Below, one piece after another: positions 1 to 7,203 of a stretch of 22,196 nucleotides of DNA. Each line of letters opens with the position of its first letter. The stretch's first letter is position 1. This DNA comes from Nitrospirota bacterium. Lineage in GTDB: Bacteria; Nitrospirota; Thermodesulfovibrionia; Thermodesulfovibrionales; Dissulfurispiraceae. The translations under genes were made by a program, and so were the position numbers. The notes beneath the pieces are model-generated. The model made no database searches and was not told the origin of the DNA. It saw only the letters and a list, made by a program, of their open reading frames with translations. The DNA lies in the NCBI GenBank assembly GCA_040754455.1, contig JBFMCP010000045.1, positions 1 to 22,196 of the forward strand, in the 5' to 3' direction.

Positions 1-36
1 CTTGTGCCTTACCATGATAATGTCCTCTCCTGCCAT
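1..36 (-). CDS. Transposase N-terminus (partial, MAGEDIIMVRHK...)
   Basis: ATG at 36 with SD GGAGG 8 nt upstream, inside the IS end. The sequence resembles N-termini I recall for ISNCY/IS1202 DDE transposases. Only 12 codons are visible. Confidence 0.65.
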   Translation of the reverse strand, partial: MAGEDIIMVRHK

Positions 37-127
37 ACTGTTTCCCTCCATTACTTTGCAGTATGACATCCCTCCTATAGGACATTTCTATTTTGGTCAT
101 ATAGGACATTATCATTTTGGCGTGACA
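1..127 (-). mobile_element. Left end of an IS1202-family (ISNCY-type) insertion sequence, truncated by the window edge
   Basis: The minus strand begins TGTCACGCCAAAATGATAATGTCC at 127. Two sub-terminal 21-bp direct repeats (76-96 TATAGGACATTTCTATTTTGG and 100-120 TATAGGACATTATCATTTTGG, 18/21 identical, 24-bp period) are followed by GGAGG (45-49) and an ATG at 36. A TGT terminus with repeated transposase-binding sites is the known IS1202-type end architecture. Family assignment is inferred. Confidence 0.75.
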
Positions 128-162
128 GATTCGCAGCCGGCTTCATGGATGAAGCATCCGGG

Positions 163-960
163 CTATGAGAGCTGCCGGACATTCTCAAAGGACTTTTTGC
201 GGGGAAATCTGGGAGAGCCGAGGACGTAGCGGATATGAGAATTGATAATGCCGTTTATTTCCGACATGAGCTGCTCGGGAGCCTTTATGCGATCGATTGC
301 TGCAGGATGCCAGCGCAAAAGGCTCTTATAAAACTTCAGGGCGCTGTGGGTAAGGTGGAGTGGCTCGTTGCCGTTTTCACCGCAGCGACCGCAAAGCACC
401 GAGCCGTGGGACACATAGAAATGATGACGGGCGCCTGCCTCTCCCTGCATACGGCGCTGCTGCGCGTCGCTGTCAGCCAGTACGGTGCCGCACCTTCCGC
501 ATGCATCGAGCCTCGGCGAATATCCCGCCATATCAAGAAACCGCATTTTGTAGTAAAGATAGTACAGAGGATTGCGACAGCTTGATTCGAGCCGCACAAG
601 CGTGGTGAGGAGCAGTTTGAATATCCCGGCATTGGGCTCCCGTTCGGGGAGGAAATTGAGGTTCAGCTCCAGCATCTCCGAAATGTTCAGGAAACAAGTG
701 AAGTCCTCCCGCAGTGCATGGAAGGGCCTGATGATGTCCGACTGGGTAAGCCTCGGGAGTGCACTCTCCTCTTTGCCGAAAAAAGAGATCTTCGCGTAGG
801 TCAGCGGTTCGAGACTGCTCCCGAACCTGCTCTTTACCTTCCGGGGGCTTTTGACAAAGACCTTGAGCAACCCGTAATCAGGCGTGAGATAGGTGACGAT
901 GAGGTCAGCCTCTCCGAAGAGCGTGCTTTTAAGGACAATACCGCTTGTTCTTTTCAGCAT
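163..960 (-). CDS. recO: DNA repair protein RecO
   Basis: N-terminal GIVLK...GEADLIVTYLT...G...K..R..KSRFGSSLEP OB-fold signature; GYSPRLDACGRCG...GSVLCGRC zinc finger; downstream of era. Start moved to the ATG at 960 (MLKRTSG). Confidence 0.95.
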   Translation of the reverse strand: MLKRTSGIVLKSTLFGEADLIVTYLTPDYGLLKVFVKSPRKVKSRFGSSLEPLTYAKISFFGKEESALPRLTQSDIIRPFHALREDFTCFLNISEMLELNLNFLPEREPNAGIFKLLLTTLVRLESSCRNPLYYLYYKMRFLDMAGYSPRLDACGRCGTVLADSDAQQRRMQGEAGARHHFYVSHGSVLCGRCGENGNEPLHLTHSALKFYKSLLRWHPAAIDRIKAPEQLMSEINGIINSHIRYVLGSPRFPRKKSFENVRQLS

Positions 961-995
961 CGAGGCTCTCGGCAATAGGCTCTCGGCACTCGGCT
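961..995. repeat. Degenerate 7-nt tandem array (5 units)
   Basis: CGAGGCT CTCGGCA ATAGGCT CTCGGCA CTCGGCT, directly abutting the recO start codon. Confidence 0.7.
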
Positions 996-1058
996 ATGTG
1001 ATAAACGCATCTTCCTGTTTATTTTAATCGCCTCTTGTCCACAGCTCGTTACCCGGCG

Positions 1059-1511
1059 TCACATAATATTGCCGAAATCCTCGGGCCTCAGATTCTTGAG
1101 CCACTCTTCGAGCTCGTCGGCTCTCCTCACTTCGAGTACGCTCTCTTCGACAAAAATAGGGGCTTGTACTCTGAGCGCAACAGCGACAGCATCGGAAGGC
1201 CGTGAATCGATGGTAACCTCTTTCTTTCCGTCATGGGCGTGGATCAGCGCATAATAGGTGTTGTCCACAATCTCCGTGATGACGATTTTGGTAACCTTCA
1301 CGTTCAGGCCTTCGAAAACATTCTTAATGAGATCATGCGTAAGGGGCCGGGGAGTGATGACTTTGCCGAGGGCAAGGGCTATGGCATCGGCCTCGGGCTT
1401 TCCGATCCATATCGGCAGTGTTTCATTCCCGTCTACCTGCTGAAGAAGGAGAATGTACATGCCGCTCCGCGGATCAAAGAGGAGGCCTTCGACTTTCATC
1501 TGGATAAACAT
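1059..1511 (-). CDS. Bifunctional nuclease family protein (DUF151)
   Basis: LPIWIGKPEA.AIA, PRPLTHDL and IDSRPSDAVAVALR motifs. Start overlaps the era stop (TAATG at 1511). Confidence 0.93.
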   Translation of the reverse strand: MFIQMKVEGLLFDPRSGMYILLLQQVDGNETLPIWIGKPEADAIALALGKVITPRPLTHDLIKNVFEGLNVKVTKIVITEIVDNTYYALIHAHDGKKEVTIDSRPSDAVAVALRVQAPIFVEESVLEVRRADELEEWLKNLRPEDFGNIM

Positions 1512-2395
1512 TACTTGAACCCCAGTTCACTCAACATGCGATGATTACTGCGCCAGTCTTTCTTCACCTTTACCCATAATTCAAGGAACACTTTTGTCCC
1601 GAGCAGCTTCTCGATCTCAATGCGCGCACTGGTGCCGATCGCTTTCAGTTTCGCGCCCTCTTTTCCTATTATTATACCCTTTTGTCCTTTTCTTTCAACA
1701 TAAATATTTGCCGTGATGAAGATGACGCCGTCCTCACGTTCGGTCCACTGCACCACCTCTGTCGCAACAGAGTGCGGCACCTCCTCCTCGGTCTGCTGCA
1801 TGATCTTTTCCCTGATGATCTCAGCGACAACAAACCGTTCCAGCTGATCGGTGACGAGATCATCAGGGTAGTACTTCGGCCCTTCGGGAAGATACTTCAC
1901 AATATCATTGAGGAGGATATCGACACCATCGCCCGTCAGCGCCGAAATCGGGATGATCTCATTGAAAGGAAATAATTGGCGATAGGCATCGATCACCGGC
2001 AGCACGTCGGGCTTCTTTACGCTATCCACTTTATTGATCAGCAGAAAGACCGGCTTGTTAATATCCCTGAACAGCTCGATAATGAACCGGTCTCCCGGAC
2101 CGGGCGGTTCAGGCTCCACCATGAAGAGAATAATGTCGACCTCGCGCACCGCATTCTGGGCTTCTTTCACGATCATCTCTCCCAGTTTGTGCTGGGGCTT
2201 ATGAATGCCGGGGGTGTCGACCAGGACAATCTGCGCGTCGGGCAGCGTTTTTACGCCGATAATCCTGTTCCTCGTGGTCTGCGGCTTGGGTGTGACAATA
2301 GCGACTTTCTCTCCGAGAATGGTGTTGAGGAGCGTCGACTTGCCGACGTTGGGCCTGCCGGTCAGAGATACATAGCCGCTGCGAAAAGGTGCCAT
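1511..2395 (-). CDS. era: GTPase Era
   Basis: GRPNVGKST (G1), PQTTR (G2), DTPG (G3), NKVD (G4), ISA (G5), and KH domain QKGIIIGKEG...LELWVKV. Confidence 0.98.
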   Translation of the reverse strand: MAPFRSGYVSLTGRPNVGKSTLLNTILGEKVAIVTPKPQTTRNRIIGVKTLPDAQIVLVDTPGIHKPQHKLGEMIVKEAQNAVREVDIILFMVEPEPPGPGDRFIIELFRDINKPVFLLINKVDSVKKPDVLPVIDAYRQLFPFNEIIPISALTGDGVDILLNDIVKYLPEGPKYYPDDLVTDQLERFVVAEIIREKIMQQTEEEVPHSVATEVVQWTEREDGVIFITANIYVERKGQKGIIIGKEGAKLKAIGTSARIEIEKLLGTKVFLELWVKVKKDWRSNHRMLSELGFK

Positions 2396-2437
2396 AGGTC
2401 GTTATCTGTTATGAATGAATAACATGGTTGTTCATTT

Positions 2438-3628
2438 TTATTTCAGCGATGCGAGTGCTCCCTTGATTCTTTCGAGTCCCTTCTTGATGTTCTCCATGGA
2501 CGTCGCATAGGAGATCCTGATGTACCGGTCATCGCCGAAGGCCGCGCCGTGCACCAGCGCCACCTGAGCCTCTTCCAGAAGATACATCGCCATATCCAGC
2601 GATGCATTGATCTGTCGTGACCCTGCCTTCTTCCCATAAAAGGCCGAAACATTGGGGAACGCATAGAACGCGCCGTTGGGATTCAGGCAGCATACACCGC
2701 TGATCGCATTCAGGCCTTCGACAAGGAACTTCCTCCTCTTGTCGAACTCCGTCCTCATTACGGAAATAAAATCCTGGGGACCGGTCAGTGCAGCCACCGC
2801 CGCCTTCTGTGCGATAGAGGTCGGGTTGGAGGTGGACTGGCTCTGGATATTCGTCATCGCTTTGATGATATCCTTGGGGCCCGCGGCATACCCGATTCTC
2901 CAGCCGGTCATAGCATGGGATTTCGAAAGGCCGTTTACTACAATTGTTTTATCCTTCATTTCTTTGCTGAGCGAGGCGATACTCACATGCCGCGTACCGT
3001 CATAGACGAGCTTCTCGTAGATCTCATCGGAAATCACATAGAGATTGTGCCGTAGGGCGATCTCGGCAAGCGCTTCGAGGGCGCCCCTGCTATACGTCAG
3101 GCCCGTAGGGTTGGAGGGCGAATTGAGCACCAGCGCCTTTGTCTTCTTGGTTATCTTTGCTTCGAGCTCCTGCGGCCGGACCATGAAGTTGTCCTTTTCA
3201 TGGGTGGCAACAAATACCGGCGTTGCATCGTTCAAGAGCGCCTGATCCGGATAGGAGACCCAGTAGGGAGCAGGGATGATGATTTCGTCACCGGGATTGA
3301 ACAGCGCCTGTGCAATATTATAGAGGCTATGCTTCGCCCCGCATGAGACGAGCACCTCCTCTTTGGTGTAATCAAGGTTGTTGTCGGCCTTGAATTTATT
3401 GACCACCGCCTCTTTGAGCTCATCGATGCCGCCCACAGGGGTATATTTGGTGAATCCATCTCTAATCGCCTTAAGGGCAGCTTCCTTTACGTGATCCGGC
3501 GTATCGAAATCAGGTTCACCGACGCCGAAATTCACCACATCGATTCCCTGCGCCTTCATGCCCTTTGCCTTGGCATCCATGGCAAGGGTCGGTGAGGGCT
3601 TGATTCGTTGAGACCTCTCGGAAAGCAT
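2438..3628 (-). CDS. aspC: Class I/II PLP-dependent aminotransferase (aspartate aminotransferase type)
   Basis: GEPDFDTP, NSPSNPTG, SDEIYE, SKSHAMTGWRIGY (PLP lysine), GAFY, IRISYA. Start placed at the ATG at 3628 behind GAGGAGG. Substrate specificity is inferred. Confidence 0.9.
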   Translation of the reverse strand: MLSERSQRIKPSPTLAMDAKAKGMKAQGIDVVNFGVGEPDFDTPDHVKEAALKAIRDGFTKYTPVGGIDELKEAVVNKFKADNNLDYTKEEVLVSCGAKHSLYNIAQALFNPGDEIIIPAPYWVSYPDQALLNDATPVFVATHEKDNFMVRPQELEAKITKKTKALVLNSPSNPTGLTYSRGALEALAEIALRHNLYVISDEIYEKLVYDGTRHVSIASLSKEMKDKTIVVNGLSKSHAMTGWRIGYAAGPKDIIKAMTNIQSQSTSNPTSIAQKAAVAALTGPQDFISVMRTEFDKRRKFLVEGLNAISGVCCLNPNGAFYAFPNVSAFYGKKAGSRQINASLDMAMYLLEEAQVALVHGAAFGDDRYIRISYATSMENIKKGLERIKGALASLK

Positions 3629-3672
3629 AGTTAAAAGTCCTCCTCTTGAAGAATCGTAATGAATGACGAGCA

Positions 3673-3724
3673 ATCCGTAATGAGTAGAGAGAAAGATACT
3701 CTTACCACATTACTCATTACGGAT
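3673..3724. repeat. Perfect 14-bp inverted repeat with 24-nt spacer
   Basis: ATCCGTAATGAGTA (3673-3686) and TACTCATTACGGAT (3711-3724). The right arm is part of a heptamer run TTACTCA TTACGGA TCACGGT (3710-3730). Confidence 0.85.
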
Positions 3725-3735
3725 CACGGTCTTTA

Positions 3736-4263
3736 TTATAGTCCATTTCCAGACTTCAGTTCTCTTATTTTATCGAGAGTATCACGGTAATCTCCCCGGG
3801 AAGGATCGATCTGGAGCGCCTTGAGGACAAGGGACTCGGCCTCGTCAAGATTATCCCTCTTCACATAATAGAGCCATGCGAGGTTATTATAAGCATCGGC
3901 GGTCTCCGGCGACTTCTTGATGCTCTTTTTATAGGCTGCCTCGGCCTCTTCCAGTCTGTTCATCTGCATGTAGGCGTTGCCGAGATAAAGATAGGCGGCA
4001 GGGAGTCTTTCTGACGCCTTTTGATACTCTTCGACAGCAGGGTTGAACTCTCCCTTTTTTTCATAAGCGACCCCGAGGTTGATATGTTCTTCGGGCGTCA
4101 ACGGATCATCGAGAATAACGATCCGGGGCAATGCACAGCCAGAGACCAGAAGACAAAGGAGAGCGCACAGAACCCAGAACACGGGTGAGGCAGTTTTATT
4201 TTTTATTTTTCTATTCTGGCTTCTGGATTCTGGCTTCTGGATTCTGTGTTTTTCTTTATCCAT
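3736..4263 (-). CDS. TPR-repeat lipoprotein
   Basis: Hydrophobic stretch with lipobox LVSG-C, then TPR units (HINLGVAYEKKGE, AYLYLGNAY, AYNNLAWLY). Start is uncertain (4263 or 4290); either overlaps the 3' end of the C39 gene. Confidence 0.8.
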   Translation of the reverse strand: MDKEKHRIQKPESRSQNRKIKNKTASPVFWVLCALLCLLVSGCALPRIVILDDPLTPEEHINLGVAYEKKGEFNPAVEEYQKASERLPAAYLYLGNAYMQMNRLEEAEAAYKKSIKKSPETADAYNNLAWLYYVKRDNLDEAESLVLKALQIDPSRGDYRDTLDKIRELKSGNGL

Positions 4264-4784
4264 AGCGTCCAATAATTGGTCTTTTTCCATGTTGTGAGAA
4301 ATCTCCCCTTGTCGATTACCGCCCTCTCTGCTGCTCCTGAATTAACAATAACGCTGCCCTCAGAGTAGCCGACAGCGACCATGAAATGATGCACCTGATA
4401 GATCGAAAAACCGTTATCGACCATAACGATCAAAGGATATCCTTTGTTGATCTTCTCCCTGAGATCATCCCATCCCCCAGAATAGTGCAGTGCGTCAGCA
4501 CCCTTCCTCTGAGCATAAAAAAGCATATCGAGATTAAGCGTCCCCCGCGCAGATCCGCTATAGATGTCCTTTGCGATCTCCTCGGGAGTCGCTGAAATAT
4601 TCCAATAGTTCAAAACACCGGCCAGCGATGCAGGCCCGCATTGATATTCCTCCTGGGCATAGAACGGCACATTACGGATAATCACGGCATTTGAGTCCGG
4701 CTGAACCGGAGCCGTTGCGCAGGACCCGATAATGGAAAGCAGAGCTGCCAACAATAAATATCGTTCGAGCATGGGCATTATCAT
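4203..4784 (-). CDS. C39-family cysteine peptidase lipoprotein (PA2778-like)
   Basis: Lipobox IIGS-C; VPFYAQEEYQCGPASLA with catalytic Cys; HHFMVAVGY with catalytic His; no ABC-transporter fusion. Exact start among several nearby ATGs is uncertain. Confidence 0.85.
   Translation of the reverse strand: MIMPMLERYLLLAALLSIIGSCATAPVQPDSNAVIIRNVPFYAQEEYQCGPASLAGVLNYWNISATPEEIAKDIYSGSARGTLNLDMLFYAQRKGADALHYSGGWDDLREKINKGYPLIVMVDNGFSIYQVHHFMVAVGYSEGSVIVNSGAAERAVIDKGRFLTTWKKTNYWTLWIKKNTESRSQNPEARIEK
4214..4248. repeat. 7-nt tandem array (5 units) with an inverted partner at 4166-4179
   Basis: TTCTGGC TTCTGGA TTCTGGC TTCTGGA TTCTGTG. CACAGAACCCAGAA (4166-4179) matches the reverse complement of 4235-4248 at 13/14. 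Confidence 0.85.
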
Positions 4785-4792
4785 TCAGATGC

Positions 4793-4836
4793 AAAAAGAA
4801 AAGCAGACAAGATATTTTGATTATACCATTGTCTGC
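4793..4836 (-). terminator. Putative intrinsic terminator after the FecR-domain gene
   Basis: 8-bp stem GCAGACAA/TTGTCTGC (4803-4810/4829-4836), followed on the minus strand by TTTTCTTTTT. The 18-nt loop is long. Confidence 0.55.
4820..4828 (-). promoter_or_regulatory. Extended -10 promoter element upstream of the C39 gene
   Basis: Perfect TGGTATAAT on the minus strand, about 35 nt upstream of the C39 start; the -35 (TTTAAC at 17-bp spacing) is poor. Confidence 0.55.
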
Positions 4837-4854
4837 CTTTCGGTTAAACGTTGA

Positions 4855-6330
4855 TTACTTTTTTACTTTCTTATGCTCTTTGCTGACCTCCTTCCATATC
4901 TCCTTTTGCATTTCCTTCGGCGCCTCAGGAGAAGATACTAGAGGCTGCGGAGGATGCGGTGGCGGCAGAGGGGGAAGAGATGACAGAGAAAGCGGTGGCA
5001 GGGCCGAAGACACGGACCCTCCCGGTGCTGGTGAAGACAAGCCAGTTGGCGCCGTCGTGGGCGGTCCGGCAGGAGAAGCCAGCGGCATGCTGCCCGGTGC
5101 ATTCGCTCCGATAGTTACTGACCGCGCTGAGGACGAAACTGCATTCACCGGAGATTGCGGCTTGATCCCTTGTCCCGACGGAGGAGCGGGAATCGATAGA
5201 TCGTAATCGGATTTGTTTTTTGTCTTATGCTTTTTGTGAGCATCATCTGCTCCTGTTGTCAGCGCCTTGAAAGCTTCTCCCTTTATTTCTTTATTTTTCA
5301 GACTACCCGTCCCTTTCGGGGTCGTCCCAAGAGCAGCTGCTGCAGGCCTCTGGTTTTTATTGAGCTTGTCTTTCTTGTGGTTTAGCGCTTTTGAATCCGC
5401 TCCGAGCGCGGTGATGAGGGTTTTTGAGCTTTTGGCACTGCTTTTCCCGCTTGCTGGAGTAAAAGCATTCGTTGCATCCTGGTTGCTGCTTTGCTTATCC
5501 TTTTTTTCTACATTGATTTTCGGAGGACCGGTCGGCTTTGTGTTTTGATGAGAGGATGACGGCAGTGGAGAATGAGCATTCGTTTTTTTAATTATTGAGG
5601 GCTCAACAGTATTTGCTCGCTGTGCAGACGCTTGTTCTCCTTCAGCACTGCCTGTCTGCTCCATCGGCGCCACTTCCTGCTCATACTTTTGAAGCTCTTC
5701 CTTTGGCACCTCTCGCGGCTGCCGGGGAGTTTTTAGGGACTCTACGGTCGTCATGGTGCCTGCGGTCACGACGACTATATCCTTAGGGAATTCCGGGCTA
5801 TACGTGTAAACCGATCCCTCTTTGACGATAATGCCGGTCACACTTGCCGTGTGATGGACAAAGTAGTCCGTTCCACGTACGCCCGCTATAGCATTAGGGG
5901 TACAGATTTCAAACCGGATGGCCCTTTTGGATGCCGCAATCCGCGAGGTATTCTTCTTTTCGACAACCGCCTCTATTTTACCCACCGGCAGGCCGATGGT
6001 TCCCTTCTCCACTGTATATTCACTTATATCGACCCTGCTGCGTGGAGCTATCCTCACAATATTGCCGTCATTGAAGGCGATCTCGGCCTTCCCCTTGCTC
6101 TTGGTCCTCACGATATCCTTCACCTTGACCGGATCGCCCTTTTTAACCGGCCTGGCAGGGAGCAATCCCCCCCTCAGGACATCCACTTTGCCCACCACCG
6201 AAGAAAATATACCGATCGACTCCTCTGCAAAGGGTGAAGAGACAGAAGACAGAAGGTAAAGGACGATTACAGAGAGCACACAAAGTGCCTTGAGTACCAT
6301 ATCTCCTTTATGTCCGGAATATCCCCCCAT
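4855..6330 (-). CDS. Exported FecR-domain protein with a long low-complexity Lys/Ser/Ala/Pro-rich tail
   Basis: Signal peptide ending SPFA; FecR-type motifs (GDPVKVKDIVRT...AEIAFNDG, TPNAIAGVRGTDY, VKEGSV); about 280 aa of compositionally biased tail. SD AGGAGGT precedes the ATG at 6330; an alternative ATG is at 6300. Confidence 0.8.
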   Translation of the reverse strand: MGGYSGHKGDMVLKALCVLSVIVLYLLSSVSSPFAEESIGIFSSVVGKVDVLRGGLLPARPVKKGDPVKVKDIVRTKSKGKAEIAFNDGNIVRIAPRSRVDISEYTVEKGTIGLPVGKIEAVVEKKNTSRIAASKRAIRFEICTPNAIAGVRGTDYFVHHTASVTGIIVKEGSVYTYSPEFPKDIVVVTAGTMTTVESLKTPRQPREVPKEELQKYEQEVAPMEQTGSAEGEQASAQRANTVEPSIIKKTNAHSPLPSSSHQNTKPTGPPKINVEKKDKQSSNQDATNAFTPASGKSSAKSSKTLITALGADSKALNHKKDKLNKNQRPAAAALGTTPKGTGSLKNKEIKGEAFKALTTGADDAHKKHKTKNKSDYDLSIPAPPSGQGIKPQSPVNAVSSSARSVTIGANAPGSMPLASPAGPPTTAPTGLSSPAPGGSVSSALPPLSLSSLPPLPPPHPPQPLVSSPEAPKEMQKEIWKEVSKEHKKVKK

Positions 6331-6459
6331 ACCTGCACCTCCTTTGATTGAAAAACGCTGCCGATGGAGTTGCGCCGGACAATGTTTTTCAAATCAAGTG
6401 CTTAGCTTATCAATCTCTATTTACGACGATGGGCCCTTTTACTGTCAAGGGAGGATTCC

Positions 6460-7149
6460 CTACTTGAATGTCCGGGCAGAGTCCTTTATGAGCCGGAGCG
6501 CATCTCGAGCAATCAGAATCGAATCTCCCGTATCCCTTACAAGTCCTTTTGATATAAGCATTTTCATCCCCTTTGACACTGCCTCGCGCGATGCGCCCAC
6601 AAGCGAGGCAAGTTCTTTATGGGTAAATTTAGTGCAGCGCCCGTATCCTTTGCATTGAGGATCGTCCTCTCCTGCAGAGTCGAGGAATATCTTGATAAGC
6701 CTCTCGCTGACTTCGAGGAAGGCGAGGGACTCGATCATCTCATCGGCCTTTCGCAGACGCTCGACCAGCGTGCTTATGAGTTCAATCGCAATCTTCGAAT
6801 CCTCGGCAAGTATCATGAGGAAGGCATCCCTTCCGAGGACCGCAAGCTCGGAGCTCTCATCGGCAACGATAGTCGCCGATCTCCCCTTGCCGTCGAGGAG
6901 GCTCAACTCGCCGAAGAACGTACCTTTCCCGAAATGGGCGAGCACAATCTCATCGCCGTCCTCGTCGATGAGTACTGCTTTGAGCCTTCCTGAGAGCACA
7001 ATATAGAGGTCGGTGGTGGTATCTGTTTTGTAGAAGACAGTCGCTCCTTTTTTATAGAGGGTCTTTCTGCAGCGCGAGGCCACTTTCTCGAGTTGGGCAT
7101 CCTTGAGATGCTTGAACATCGGAATATTCTTCAGGTATTCGACAAGCAT
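6460..7149 (-). CDS. Crp/Fnr-family transcriptional regulator
   Basis: cNMP-binding motif FFGELSLL...RSATIVA and C-terminal HTH THKELASLVGASREAVSK. No Fnr-type N-terminal Cys cluster. Confidence 0.93.
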   Translation of the reverse strand: MLVEYLKNIPMFKHLKDAQLEKVASRCRKTLYKKGATVFYKTDTTTDLYIVLSGRLKAVLIDEDGDEIVLAHFGKGTFFGELSLLDGKGRSATIVADESSELAVLGRDAFLMILAEDSKIAIELISTLVERLRKADEMIESLAFLEVSERLIKIFLDSAGEDDPQCKGYGRCTKFTHKELASLVGASREAVSKGMKMLISKGLVRDTGDSILIARDALRLIKDSARTFK

Positions 7150-7203
7150 GATACGTCACTCCCCTTTCGTCGTCATCGGGAAAGGCATATAAATTATATG
7201 TAT

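Noticed and set aside
76..120. Two direct repeats as a possible CRISPR remnant
   Set aside because: Only two units with a 3-nt gap, no spacer-length sequence and no cas genes. Better explained as IS end repeats.
2..229. 75-aa + strand ORF with a repeated GHFYFGH/GHYHFG motif
   Set aside because: The peptide repeat is just the translation of the IS terminal DNA repeats. The SD-supported frame is the minus-strand transposase.
436..448. 13-nt identity (TGCCTCTCCCTGC) between recO and the 3' arm of the 14480-14637 hairpin (14622-14634), suggesting antisense targeting
   Set aside because: A 13-mer match somewhere in 22 kb is expected by chance, and this segment is buried in the strongest helix.
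1035..1043. DnaA-box-like TTGTCCACA upstream of recO
   Set aside because: Single copy with one mismatch, and no box cluster or AT-rich unwinding element.
6418..6448. TTGACA upstream of the FecR gene as a sigma70 promoter
   Set aside because: No convincing -10 at 16-18 nt spacing.
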